64,000 nt of DNA from contig JAWQFM010000024.1 in assembly GCA_033442325.1 (NCBI GenBank), forward strand, positions 136,400 to 200,399. Direction: 5' to 3'. This DNA is from Salpingoeca rosetta (taxonomy: Eukaryota; Protista; Choanoflagellata). Both the position numbers and the translations under genes were made by a program. Of the stretch, positions 1-18,431 are shown one piece after another (position 1 is the first letter of the stretch; the number at the start of each line of letters is the position of its first letter). The notes under the pieces were generated by a model. That model did no database searches, was not told the origin of the DNA, and saw only the letters and a list, made by a program, of their open reading frames with translations.

Positions 1-3000
1 CCTCGCCCGCCCAGGCACCATCACAGCACAGGTGCTGCACACGCACATCGCTTGCATATTGCTTGTTTGTTGTTGTGTCGCTCACACTTGCGCTTGTGTG
101 TTTGCGTGTATGTTTGCTTGCAGCGGCCTGTTTCGGTTGCACCGCCAATCCACGGATTTGCTGCAGTGAGTACAGGCAGCTGCGCATCACTGTACGACCT
201 CCTTCCTTGCCCTCTCCCTTTCATGCACACTCACTCACTCACTCACTCACTCACTCACTCACTCACTCACTCACTCACTCACTCACTCACTCACTCACTC
301 ACTCACTCACTCACTCACTCACTCACTCACTCACTCACTCACTCACTCACTCACACACACACTCACTCACTCACTCACTCACTCACTCACTCACTCACTC
401 ACTCACTCACCAACTTGCTTGCTCATGCCAGGAGCCGGATGCTGGCCAGCAGGCCAAGCGCGCCAAGACCACCGTTCCGCCACCACCGTCGGCATCGTCG
501 TCGTCATCATCGTCGTTTGCGCCGCCGCCCCAGGGTGAGCAGCAGAAGAAAGGCGGTGCGAGCGGGCCGTTTGCTGCTTCCAAGGGCGCAGCACACGCTC
601 TCCTGTCTGCGCAAACACCGGCCCGCAAACCGCCGACGGAGGGATCTGCCGCGGCCAAGTCGGCCCCATCGTTTGCGTTTGGCGCCAAGGCATCCAAGCC
701 CCTGCCCACCACATCATCCCCAGCCACTACTGCTGCTGGTGGTAGCGGCGGTGTACAGATGCAGTCCACCCCGATGGTGCGCAAACCAGCGCCGGGCATG
801 TTTGGTGCCGCCGTAAGCAAGTCTGACACGACATCCAAACCCTCTGCATCTGCTGCTGCGCCCGTGTCGAAAGCAGAGACGCCGTCGCCTGCACAGAAGA
901 AGCCCGTCTTTTCCCTCTCGCCAAGCCCTGCAGCAAAGTCACCCGCGACCACCGCTGCGACCAAGCCAGCTGCCGCCGCTGGTAGAGCAAAGGCCACGAT
1001 GTTTGGTGCCGCAAGCAAGGCGCCAGCATCTTCCACCACAGCATCGCCATCCTCGTCATCAGCATCCCCATTTGCTGCTGCCGCTGCGAAGTCCAAAGCT
1101 GACCAGGGCAAGAGTACGCCCGATGCCGGCGCCGCCAAGACGACAGAGAAGGCGGCGGCCGCCAAACCGACGTTCAAGTTTGGGCAGACAAAGCCCGCAG
1201 CCGCGCCGGCAAGCAAGGCGCCCGCGGCTGGCAAGGGAACACCAACAACAACAAGTGCTGCTGCAACGTCGCCGTTTGCTGCACTCGCCAAGGTGACCGT
1301 CGAAAACGACACGAGGGTTGTTGCTCATGGTGTTGCTCATGGTGTTGCTAGTGGTTTTGGTCATGGGTGTAGTGATGACAGTCGGTGACTGAAGTTCGTT
1401 GCAGGTGGTGCTGCTTGTGAGAACCAACGCCACCCCCACCTCCCCACCTCCACATTGCTTTGCGCGCGTTAACTTGTTCGATCCACCTTGACTGACTCCT
1501 CTTTGTTTTTGACTTGCATGCACGCAACATGACGCGGTGTTCATCATTGACACGGCTCATGTGCACTTTTAGACGTCACCCAAGCCAGCGGCCACACCAA
1601 CCTCGCCAACGACTGCCAAGTGCGTTTGTTATTCCGTGTGAGGGTGTGTATAAGTAGGGTGTGAGGGTGTGTGTAAGTAGGATGTGCCTGTGCCTGTGTT
1701 CGTTGCATCGCTCATGTCACCAAAGACACAGGTTGCTCAATCTCAATGCCCTGAAACCCAATCACAAACCATACACGCACGCACACAAACAAACAGGTCC
1801 TCCATGTTTGTGACCAAGAGGAAGGAATCGCCAACACCCTCGCAAACGGCAGCCACACCACCACCACCACCACCACCACCACCAGCGAAGCCCACGACTG
1901 CTGTGCCCACAAAGCCGCAAGCTGTGACTGCTGTAACAAAGACGCCTGCAGCATTCACGTTTGCGGCTCCAAAGCAGCTCGCAGCGGCTGCTCCTGCCTC
2001 AACAACGGTGCGTGCGCAACCGGCATCGCGCCGTCATCCATCATACACATGCCTGTGTGCATGCAGAATTGTGTCTTTGTTTTGTGCATTTCCTTCCCGT
2101 GTTTCTCCCTTGACTCACTCACACACACACTCTCTCTCTCTCTCACACACACACACTCACTCACTCACTCACACACACACTCACACACACACACACACAC
2201 TCACACACACACACACTCACACACACACACACAACACCATTGGCTTTGCAGGCGGCCAAGCAACGGTTCACTTTCCCTGCCCCCACCCCTGCGCAGCCCG
2301 CTGCAGCGACTTCTGCTGCCAAAGCAACAGCAGTCACCACCACAACATCAACAACATCAACGACAGCAACGGGAGCAACCACGGCAGCTAAGCCGGCGTT
2401 TTCGCTGTCTGCGCCAAAAGTGGTGAGCCCCACAGCTGGCACTTCAAGCGCCCCCAAGTTCTCCTTCAAGCCCGCCATGCCCGCAGCGTCGCCCAGCGGC
2501 AGCGGCAGCAGCGCTCCATCGAAGCCCACGTTCTCCTTTGGCAAGACACCCACGGCCGCAACTGGCACAACGGCAACAGCCGCAACTGCCACAACAGCGC
2601 CTGGCGATGGCAAGACCAGCGACGAGGCCGCCCCAACAGGCAAAGGCACAACAGGGTCACCCACATCCAAGCCAGGTGCTTTTGGGCAGGCAGGCAAGCC
2701 CTTCAAGTTTGGGCAAGCAAGCGCTGGTGCAGGCGGGTTTTCCTTTGGCAAGAAAGCAGCAACGGCCTCCACAGCTGCTGCCACAAGCACCGAAAAGGCA
2801 AGCAGCGGGGACGACAAGGCAGGAGGTGCAGCAGCACCCGCACCCAAACCGTTTACCTTTGGCGCCAAAAAACCCGCCGCAGCAGCAGCAGCAACAACAA
2901 CAACAACAACCCCAGCATCATCAGCAGCAGGAGGAACAAAGCCTTCTTTCCAGTTTGGAGGCAAACAACAGCAGGCGAAGGAGCAAGAAGCACCGACGCC

Positions 3001-4234
3001 CACAGTCAAGACCAGCGAACCCCAGGAACTAAAGAAGGATGCACAGCCTGAGCAGAAGCAAGATGCCGAACAGCAGCAGCAGCAGCCGTCACAGCCGTCA
3101 CAGCCGTCTAGTGGCGCAGGATTTGGGGCGCCAAAGCCAGCCACGTCGACGCCGCCCAAGTTTGATGCGAGCAAGCCGTTCTCTGCTGTCGCTGCTTTTG
3201 GGTCGTCCTCAGGCAAACCATTCTCCTTCACCGCGGCAGCGCCAAAGCCGCCAGCAACAACTTCCGGCACACCCGAAGCAACACAGGCCCCAGCCGCCGC
3301 AGCGGGCAAGTTTGTGTTTGGCAAGGCTGCTGCTGGTGGCGGCGGCGGCACGGGTGGCGGGTTCAAGTTTGGCGCAAACAAGCCGGCGTCATCGGATCAA
3401 TCGTCCACGCCCGCGTCGTCAGGAATGGCAGTGGCGGCCCCGAAGCCGTTCCAATTTGGCGCCGCAGCCACCAGCAGCAGTGGTGGTGATGGCAGCAAAC
3501 CTGGTTTTCAGTTTGGCATGGCCGCGTCTTCGTCATCGTCATCGCAACAGCAGCAGCAACAACAACAACAACAAGGCGATGGTGCTGCACAGGTCAGCAA
3601 GCCTGCATTCTCCGCAACGCCCAGCTTCTCCTTCGGAAAGCAGCAGCCAGCAAGCGGCGCGAGCAAGCCCGGGTTCTCGTTTGGAGGGAGTCAGGGTGGA
3701 CAGCAATCAGGCTTTGGCGGCTTCAAGGCTGGCCAAGCACCCCAGTTTGGAGGCAACGGGTCTTCGTTCTCACCAGCGGCACCAGCATCGTCCTCGTCCT
3801 CGTCCTCCATGGGCCCCGCAGGCAGCGGTGGCGGATTCCAGTTTGGCGCAACCCGCCCAAGCGCTGCACCTATGCAGTTTGGCGGCCAGCAGCAGCAGCA
3901 GCAGTCCATGATGATGACCGATAGTGAGCCGGGTGCCAAGAAGCCATTCTCATTCAGCGCCAGCGGTGGTGGTGCTGCGGGCGGCATGCAGCCGCCCCAG
4001 TTTGGTGCCATGCAAGGCCAGTTTACAGCAGGTGGTAGTGGTGGCGGTGCGATGCCAAAGCGCAACCTGTCGGCCAACCCGTTTGCGAGCATGAACGTTG
4101 GCAGCGGTGGTGGTGGTATGGGTGGTGGTATGGGTGGTGGTGTTGGCGGTGGTCAGCAGGCGCCCGGAGCCGTGGGGTCAGCAGGGTCTCGTCGCCGCGT
4201 TGCACGTGCACGCAGGCGCCGCCACAACCCGTAG
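1..4234 (+). CDS. FG-repeat nucleoporin, Nup153/Nup1-like nuclear basket protein (5' partial, multi-exon)
   Basis: Exons ~1-31, 432-1291, 1573-1619, 1797-2007, 2252-4234 with GT-AG borders. Dozens of FxFG/FG motifs (FSFG, FKFG, FQFG, FTFG) in S/T/A/P/K spacers. Basic C-terminus RRRVARARRRRHNP resembles the importin-alpha-binding tail of Nup153/Nup1. Confidence 0.8.
229..410. repeat. (TCAC)n tetranucleotide microsatellite in a nucleoporin intron
   Basis: Direct reading; gives spurious THSL-repeat ORFs. Confidence 0.95.
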
Positions 4235-4527
4235 TATGTGTGTGTGTGTGTGTGTGTGCGTGTGTGTGTATGTTTGTGTCTGTGTCTGTCTGTCTGCCTG
4301 TGTCTGCATGTGTGCGCGCATTTGTGAAGCTCCTCCTCTGCGTGCATGTTTGTTTGGTTGCGCTGACAACTAGTTGTGAAATGAATGGTTCCGATTTAAA
4401 GAAGAAGAAGCAAGATTGAGAAGCAAGATTGAGCAAGCCCTCAGTAATGTAACAACTCGTTCATTCACAACACACACACACACACACAGACGCACTTTGC
4501 ATCATCAGCGACTTGCAAACGCCTCGC

Positions 4528-6804
4528 TCAGCACACGTCGCAGCGGGGCGGACAGTGGTGGAGGCTCGTGCTGCTGTCAGCGCAGATGCAGCGGCCAAGT
4601 TGCATGCAGTCAACACGTGTGAGATCAGTGCGGACAACAGAGACTTGAGAAGAGATGCTCGTGACGAGGCTGAGGTCAAGTGTGTCGAGGGTGGTGTTGG
4701 TCAGGTGCAGACTGCCGCCAATGCGGGTTTGGTTGGCAAAGCGCAGCTGCTTGAGCGGGTTGTGGGAGAGGTCGAGGTCGGTGGCAATGCTGCGAAGGTT
4801 GGTGAGGGATACGGCGGTGAGGGCGTTGTAGGCCAGGTTGAGGGACCCTCGTGCAGCAGTCATCTGACCAAAGTCGACGACCGAGAGCATGTTGTTGTTG
4901 AGAGCCATGTTGTAGCCGACGGTGAGGTTGGCGAGGGAGATGGTGCGCAGGTTGTTGTTGGACACGTCCAGCGCCCAGCCAACACGCGTGATGCCAGCAA
5001 AGTCGAGGTGTGCGAGGGCGTTGTGATCGACGCAGAGGGAGAAATCAACGAACGTGAGGCGATGAAAGTTGATGGCGGTGAAGCGGTTGTGGGACAGATC
5101 GAGCGTGTTGCTGATGCCCGTGATGGTGCCAAAGTTGACGTCGGTGAGTCGGTTCTTGGAGAGCAGCACGCCGCTGTCGATGCGGGTGAGGGACGACAGG
5201 TCCAAGGATGTGAGGAAGTTGTTTTGCAGGTTGAGGCTGCCCACCCTGGAGACGGGGCTCAGGTCCAGTCTCGTCAAGAGGTTGTCGGCCAAATTCAGCT
5301 CCCCAAAGATGGTGGTTGCGTCTGAAAACAGGACTGAGGTGAGCTGGTTGCTCCTGGCGAAGAAAGACGCCCTAAACACGGTGACTTGACTCAAGTTGAG
5401 CGAAGTGAGGGCGTTGTCCCCCAGGTACACTGAGCCACCAATGTGCGTCAGGCCCGCAAAGTGGATGTGGGTGATGACGTTGTCGTAGACTGCAAAGTCG
5501 CCCTGGATGTGTTGGATGCCTTGCAGGTCCACAGCACTGAGCACGTTGCTCTGCGCGTACAGGGAGCCATCCAGGTGTGTGAGCGCACCAAAGCGCAATG
5601 CTGTGATGGCGTTTTGGTAGAGGAGAATGTTGCCGGCGATGCTGGTGAGGCGGGCAAAGTCGACATGGGTGAGCAAGTTGTCGTGGAGAAGCAAGTTGCC
5701 GCCAATACGGAGAAGCGCGCCAAACTGAACGTGCGTGATGTCGTTGAATGGCAGCACGATGCTGCCGCCAATCATGGTGAGCGAGGAGAAATCAATCGAG
5801 CTAAGCTTGCCGCTGCTGATCTTGACAGTCCCGCCAATGTAGCGCAGGGACTCGAAGTCGACAGACTCCAACACTCCTGCGCGCCACCACTCGCCAGGAA
5901 CAACAATGTCCCCGCCAATGGACGAGACATTGCCAAAACGCAGGGTGGTGGTGCTGTCTGCCACATGCACGGATCCGGTGACGTTGGCCACGTTGTTGAA
6001 GAACTCATTGCAGCAGCAGTGCTCCACGATGCCAACCGCAACAAAGCCTGCGGCGCGTACGGCTGCGCGGGACGATGTGCTGTTGCAATCGAGCACGTCT
6101 ATGTCCGGGCGCGGCTCTAGCTGAGGCGTGAATGTTGTGATTGTTGTTGCTGGTGCTGTACCAGTGGTGTCCACTGAAATGGATGTTGCACTGGTGGCAG
6201 TGGTAATGGTGGATGTCGTTGGGGCGGAGTGAGTTGTGGGTGTGCTTGATGCAGATGCTGTGCTAGCCTCACCCGCAGAGGCCTCGTTGTTCCCGGCGGT
6301 GGAAGCCCCGTTGTTGTTGTTGTTGTTGTTGATGGCGAGCGGCAGGGTGATGGCACCTGCAACAATGCAAGCGACGGCGAAAACGACGAGAATGGTCTTT
6401 GTCCAGTTTGGCGAAGGTGCGGCTTTGTGCTGTTGCTGGTGGTGGTGGTGTTGTTCATGTTGCTGGTGGTGATGTTGTTCATGTTGGAGGCAAGTGTCGC
6501 GCTGCGCGACCGTGTGGAATTTGGTCGTTTCTGTCGGCGGACTTGTTCCATCTGGTGGTGGGTATGCTTCGCTCTGTTGGACTTGAGGTGGCCGGGAGGC
6601 GTCGACGTCGTTGCTGGTGTGACTGTGTGTGAGAACGAAGTAGACGTTGTCGGTGGTCGTGTTGGCGAGAGATGGGGTCGGTTGGGAGCTGGCGTGCCCC
6701 ACGATGAGGTATTCTTCCGCATCAACAACGCTCTCTGTTCCTCCGAATTGTGCCTCGCCACTGTCGTCCTCATTCGCGCCGCCTTCCAGCACGAGTACTT
6801 TCAT
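4528..6804 (-). CDS. Type II membrane leucine-rich-repeat (receptor-L/Ecm33-like, ~22-aa unit) protein, single exon, ~758 aa
   Basis: First in-frame ATG at 6804 (MKVLVLEGG). TM segment TILVVFAVACIVAGAITLPLAI, S/T-rich stalk, Cys N-cap (HCCCNEFF), about 20 repeats of LxxIxGxLxLxxNxLTxVDF, Cys-rich C-cap (CMQLGRCIC...CPPRCDVC). Confidence 0.85.
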   Translation of the reverse strand: MKVLVLEGGANEDDSGEAQFGGTESVVDAEEYLIVGHASSQPTPSLANTTTDNVYFVLTHSHTSNDVDASRPPQVQQSEAYPPPDGTSPPTETTKFHTVAQRDTCLQHEQHHHQQHEQHHHHQQQHKAAPSPNWTKTILVVFAVACIVAGAITLPLAINNNNNNNGASTAGNNEASAGEASTASASSTPTTHSAPTTSTITTATSATSISVDTTGTAPATTITTFTPQLEPRPDIDVLDCNSTSSRAAVRAAGFVAVGIVEHCCCNEFFNNVANVTGSVHVADSTTTLRFGNVSSIGGDIVVPGEWWRAGVLESVDFESLRYIGGTVKISSGKLSSIDFSSLTMIGGSIVLPFNDITHVQFGALLRIGGNLLLHDNLLTHVDFARLTSIAGNILLYQNAITALRFGALTHLDGSLYAQSNVLSAVDLQGIQHIQGDFAVYDNVITHIHFAGLTHIGGSVYLGDNALTSLNLSQVTVFRASFFARSNQLTSVLFSDATTIFGELNLADNLLTRLDLSPVSRVGSLNLQNNFLTSLDLSSLTRIDSGVLLSKNRLTDVNFGTITGISNTLDLSHNRFTAINFHRLTFVDFSLCVDHNALAHLDFAGITRVGWALDVSNNNLRTISLANLTVGYNMALNNNMLSVVDFGQMTAARGSLNLAYNALTAVSLTNLRSIATDLDLSHNPLKQLRFANQTRIGGSLHLTNTTLDTLDLSLVTSISSQVSVVRTDLTRVDCMQLGRCICADSSTSLHHCPPRCDVC

Positions 6805-6886
6805 CGTGTTTGGTCGTTGTGCGCAGTTGTTGCTGCTGTGCGTGTGTGTGTGTGCGTATGTGTGTGTGCGTATGTGTGTGTGTGTG

Positions 6887-7042
<156 letters not shown>

Positions 7043-7847
7043 GGGGATGTTGTTGTTGTTGTTGTTGTTGTGGGGATGTTGTTGTTGTTGTTGTTGTTGT
7101 GGGGATGTTGTTGAAATGTGTTGTTGTTGTTGAAATGACGACAGGAGCAGGATGTGGGGATGTTGGAACGTTTGACGCGTTGAGGATGACCGTGTGAGAC
7201 GACCACGTTTTGTGAGCACCAAAAGAGCACACACACACACAGCCCGTTGTCGTACCGGGAAGCTGAAGGGACGTTCACGGTGAGAGAGGATCAAAGGAAA
7301 AGTCACCACACACACACACACACACACACGAGACACCTACGATGATGTCATCTGCCCTCTCGCCCACATACCCGCTTTGATTTGTGCTGACTCAGCAATT
7401 TGCCCCTTTGTGGGCTTGCCCAAGCCCTCCACATTTATCGCGCTATCGCGGCCACAAGCAAACAGCGAAGTCTTTTTTGTTTGGGTTTGCTGGTTGCTGG
7501 CTTTGTGCTTGTGTTTGTGTTTGCGGCGTGCACTTTCCCAAGCTACCCCGCTTGTTTGTGTTCCTTCCTTGTCTCTGCGCTGGCTGGCTGGCGTTTGTTT
7601 GTATTTGTATTTGTGCCTGTGCTGGTGCTTGTGTGCTTCTCGTGTGCTGGTGCTTGTGTGCTTGTGTGCTGGTTGTTTGCAACCCTTCTTTCCTTTTTCC
7701 CTCTCTGCGAACACACCACTGAGCGTGCCTTCCTCACTGAACGCTACTGGTTCTGCTGGTCTCCGCTTCAACCTTGCGCCCGCTGACACGCACGCAGTCC
7801 ACTGTGCACTGCCGTTGCCTCGCCCTACTCGTTCGTGGACCCTGCCC

Positions 7848-13364
<5,517 letters not shown>

Positions 13365-13365
13365 C

Positions 13366-13433
<68 letters not shown>

Positions 13434-13995
13434 CTTAACCAACAACAACAACTTAACCAACAACAACAACAAGTGATAGACATTGTTCTCACGTTACATT
13501 CCTTTCTCAGCGCCCCCCTTGCCCAAACTCCCCACCCTTCGACTGATTACATTAGCTGGTGTGAAGGCGTGAGCCATCAGCGCCCCCCCCCCCTCTTCCC
13601 TCGCCTTCATGCCCCCTTGTTGTTTCGCGCCTTCGCTGGTTATCTCACATCTCATGTTTCTCTCGGTAGTTCTTGCACACTCCACGATGTGTTGCTTGCA
13701 TGCATGCACGCATCACGAATTGGGGGGCTGTATTAATCGTTGTGAGCACGGGTAGCTGCCGTTTCGTTTTAGAGCGTCGTTTTGCTTCGCTGTGGAGTGC
13801 TGTGCTGCTTTGCACGTTGTCTTGTTTGCGCTGTTTACTCATGGCCTTGCTGGTGACCGAGGTCAAATGCGTATGGTATGTAGTTCCCCTGTGCCGCCGC
13901 AATGTGGCTGCAATACGTAGCTGTTGTCTGCCTGTGTGCCTGTTTGCTTGAGTCTGTCTGGGCTCTTGTGCCTGTCTGCGTGCACGCGAAAGGAT

Positions 13996-14072
<77 letters not shown>

Positions 14073-14519
14073 CAAGTGCTTTGTGTTGCCCGTGCAATGG
14101 CAGGGTGTGCTTGCTGTTGAGGCAGGTGCCAGCTGGTTTCTGTGTCGCCTGCCACCCCACACGCTGCAACTACTCTCCTCTTGCACACACCTACATACAC
14201 GCGCGCGCGCGCGCCACGACCATCGGAGCATGCGCTCGCACACGCTTTGTTCGTTCGTTGCCTGAATGCCTAGGAGATATATGTCATAGTTGAATCAACA
14301 CCAAATACACCCATCTTCCTGCGGAGTGCTTGCAAGCAAGCCAAATCGGGCAAGGAGGGGGGGGGGGTTGTTTACTTTGTTGAATGAGCAATGTGTCGCT
14401 TGCAGGGTATCGTCAATGGAGTGCGGTAACAAGGACTGGTAGGAAGGCAAGAAAGGCGCACACGCACACGTGCACGCACACGTACACGCGCACGCACATG
14501 CAAAGAAGAAAGAAGGATC

Positions 14520-14843
14520 TCACGGTGAGGGCGCTGTTGCGCCTCGAAGGAAAGCAGCGAATAAAGCAGCTAGCGCAACTGTTGTGATTGTTGTCCCCTG
14601 CTGCTGCTGCTGTGGTTGTGCAAAGTCGCGGTTGCACTGGACATATGTTGCGAGGCCGCCAACGTCGTACCGCCCGGAGATCTGGCTCGCGTAACACGCG
14701 TGCTGTCGAAAGGTGGTCGTGGTCGTCGTGTGGTTGAGGTAATGGGCGCGGGTGTTCGTGGCAAGCCTGTTCCCATGCAGCAGAAAGGACGGGCCACCAC
14801 CAGAACAACACGTAGACGCACACAAACGGGCAGCCACATGCAT

Positions 14844-14893
<50 letters not shown>

Positions 14894-15269
14894 ATGCACG
14901 GACCTTGGCGATGAGATAACGGATAAAGTTGCCCGGCGCATCATAGGTCGCCAGCGGCGTCTTGCCCATGTGCTCGTCAAGAAACGTTTCAAGGTGCGGC
15001 AGCGCTGTTCGGCGGAGGATGTAGAAGCACGGGCAGCCAAGACGCGAGTGTGTCGCTTCTGGTCCCGGTTTCTCGAGAAATGCCGTCACCTGCCACCACC
15101 CCGGCGCATGTACACGTGTGAGGCATTGGGCGTCATTAGAGCGTGACATGCATGAAGCACGCGTGAAAATCAGCTATTGCTTTGTTTCCTTAGTGGTGCT
15201 GTTCACTTACCCGAACATGCACACGCACGCACGCACGCAAAGGCAATACACACGCGCGCACACACAGAC

Positions 15270-15300
<31 letters not shown>

Positions 15301-16405
15301 ACGCACACGCACACAAACGCACACAAATGCACACACACGCACACCTGGCGTTTTGTGTTGACTTCAAGGATGCCGCACTTCTTGGTTGTTGCGTCATCGA
15401 CATTGTAGCTGAGGAGCAGCGACGCATCGGGGTGGCTGTCAAACTCATGCAGCTTGTCTGCAAGATGAAAGTCTTGTTTGAACAGGGTGTCACCACCAAC
15501 GACAATCAGGTCGTCTGCACACTGGAACCTGGATGCGCCCAGCTGAATAGCTGCCACCGCGCCGCTGCGGGTCTATGTGTGTGTGTGTGTGTGTGTTTGT
15601 GCATGTGCATGTGCATGTGCACGCATGTGTGTGTGTGTGTGCATGTGCATGTGTGTACATGTGTGTGTGTGTGTGTACAATCGTCAGATGCGATGGCAGG
15701 GCATAGTGCATACAATGAGATTGCTACTCTCCCTGTTGTTTGCCTCTCTTTGTCTGCGCAGCAATAGCTGGGGTGAGATGTGGAGCACCTCTTACACAAG
15801 CGAGCGCACAAGTCCCAAGCACGGCAAGTCAACCAAGCAGCATGCAAAAGCATCAAGAACAGTCATGGCAGCCGCACCAGCACGCTTGTCAACAAAACCT
15901 CGTTTGTGGTGCTGCCGTCGCAGATGAGGGTGATGTTATCAAACTGACGAGCCCAGTCTTCAAAGAGGTGGTGGTTGGTGGCGTTTGTGACAACCAGGAT
16001 CTCGGAGATGCGATCGCGGTGCCTTTGCAGCTCCTTCACCCAGCGGGAGATGAGGGGTACATTACCTGTGTGGTTGGAACCACCATCACATACACACACA
16101 CACACACACACATACACACACGTTTACACACACACACACATGCACGATTACACACACACACACACACAACATCACACACATGCACACACACATGTAATGT
16201 TTAGTGGTTGGCGTGTAACGTTGGCTGCAACAGGAAAGCAAAGCGCACGCAAAGCCACCTTGCAACTGCGCACTACGTGATGTGACTACGAACCGATGGG
16301 AAGCAGCGGCTTTGGGACGCCAGAGAGGTGGTGGTATGTGGGAGACTGGTCAATGTCTCGCTGCAGGCGAGTGCCATATCCAGCAGCCAAGATGAGTGCT
16401 CGCAT
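14520..16405 (-). CDS. Sugar-phosphate nucleotidyltransferase (NTP_transferase; similar to the pyrophosphorylase domain of glucuronokinase/UDP-sugar pyrophosphorylase fusions), 5 exons
   Basis: [67 protein letters not shown]. Exons ~16405-16294, 16066-15899, 15573-15345, 15089-14903, 14703-14520. Confidence 0.85.
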
Positions 16406-16558
16406 CGTCGTCGTCGTTTGAGACAGTTGTTGGCAATTGTAGAAATTTATTGAAATATGTACATAAACGTCGTAGGTGCTCTGTGGCGTGTGTCTGCGTA
16501 TGTGTGTGTGTGTCTGTGTGTGTGTTGAGTGTTCGCGTGCTTGTTTCAAGGACAGACA

Positions 16559-16654
<96 letters not shown>

Positions 16655-16678
16655 GTGCAAAGGTGGTAGCTGTTGTGG

Positions 16679-16988
16679 TCACTTGAGAATTGGAGCTTGC
16701 AGCTGGCGCCTGCGCTGCTTCTGTTGCCGATACAACTGCAATCGGACAATGCGCGCGCGAGAGAGAGAGGGGGGAGGGGCAGGGGGAGTGTTGGCAACAC
16801 AGCACGGAGTGGAATGTGAGAGATCGAGAGAGGGAGGGAGTGGGAGGTGGAAAGCAACAGGGATGTGGCATGGTGGCATGTCAACGAGCAGAGCGGAACA
16901 GATGAGAAAGAGCACAGACAGAGCGCGGGTCAAACAAAACCGAGCACACATGGGAACACAACATGCAGTGCGATCTGGAGTGAAATGG

Positions 16989-17044
<56 letters not shown>

Positions 17045-17276
17045 CGCGCGCGCCACATACCGCGATGACGCGCTCTCGCTCTTGCTCCAATCGCAGCTGC
17101 TGCACCGGCGCCATCTTTTTCCGCTGCTCCTTGGACAGGTTCGAGTCTTTGTTTTTTGTGGGGCAGATGAATGGGCGCAATGGTGATTGGAAGCGTACAT
17201 GTGTGTGTGTGCGTGCGTGTGTTTTCGTTCGTGTGTGTGTGCGTGTGTTTTCGTTCGTGTGTGTGTGCGTGTGTTT

Positions 17277-17312
<36 letters not shown>

Positions 17313-17800
17313 GTGTTCGTGTGTATGTGTGTGTGTGTGTGTTCGTGTGTGTGTGTTTTCGTGTGTGTGTGTGTGTGCGTGTGTGTGTGTGTTTTCGTGT
17401 GTGTTTTCGTGTGTGGATAAGAATCAGTTTCTCGTAGAAACAAGCAGTGTGATCGCAGAAACAAGCAGAGGCATATTGCAGGGCGGCGCGCTTGGTGTTA
17501 ACACACGCTCGTAAACCACACCCCACGTACGTTTTTTGCGAGGCTGTGCTGTCAACTCCGGGGGTGCTTGGGCAACCTCTCCAAACGCAACTACGTCCTT
17601 CTTTGGTTCTGCAGCGCAAACATGATGCAGAGCGTGAGCCGTGCAATACCATCACAGAGAGAGAGAGAGAGAGTATGTAGGGGAGGGGTGTGTGTGTGTC
17701 TGTGTGTGTCTGTGTGTCTGTGTGTGTGTGTGATTTGTGTGTGCGTGTGTGCGTGTGTGCGGACGTGTGTGTCTGTGTGTGTGTGTCTGTGTATCTGTGT

Positions 17801-17847
<47 letters not shown>

Positions 17848-18431
17848 TCCTCCCTCTCTCTCTCCTTGTGTCAAGGCCATACAATCATTCCAACGAAGAA
17901 CGTACCGTGCTCTTGCTCTTCTTGGGCGAGCATGGCCTCTGCACGGCGTTCTTGGCGCTTGCGCTCCTTCTTTGTCTTCCACTGCTTCTTCTTGATTTGC
18001 CGGAGGGTCTTTGTTTCCTGCTTCACGGGCTCTGTTGCCGAGGCGTGTCTGAAGATGATCTTGCCGCCGCCTTGCTCCTCCAGGTGTTGCCTGAGCGCCT
18101 CCGGGTCCATCGGCGCCTGTGGTAGGAGCTCCTCATCGTCGTCGCCCTCGCCCTTGCGCCCCTTCTTGAACTTGTTTTTCTTGCGGGAGTTCTTCGCCTT
18201 CTTCGTTTGCCCCGGCAGGCCCGGGATGGATGGGATCGCGGGCAGGCCGCTTGGCAGGATGCCCTGTGTCACCACCTGTGCGCGTCCGACGTCGCCCTCC
18301 GCGGTGATGATGTCGTTGACACCAAAGGTGTCCCTGGCCGAGTGGCGGACGTGCTTCTTTCCCCGCTTCTTCTTCGGTGCCTGCGACTGACCAATCGCTT
18401 TCACCTTCTTGTACCGTGCAACGCGCCCCAT
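16679..18431 (-). CDS. CCDC137: CCDC137-like basic nucleolar coiled-coil protein, 4 exons
   Basis: MGRVARYKKVKA start. Exon 2 (~17608-17531) encodes DVVAFGEVAQAPPELTAQPR. Exons 3 and 4 encode QLRLEQERERVIA|LYRQQKQRR, matching the remembered CCDC137 C-terminal motifs. Confidence 0.7.

Noticed and set aside
4513-6120. Long plus-strand ORFs (270 and 225 aa) with periodic V/G/E pattern
   Set aside because: Antisense shadows of the LRR repeats produced by codon bias; no independent motifs.
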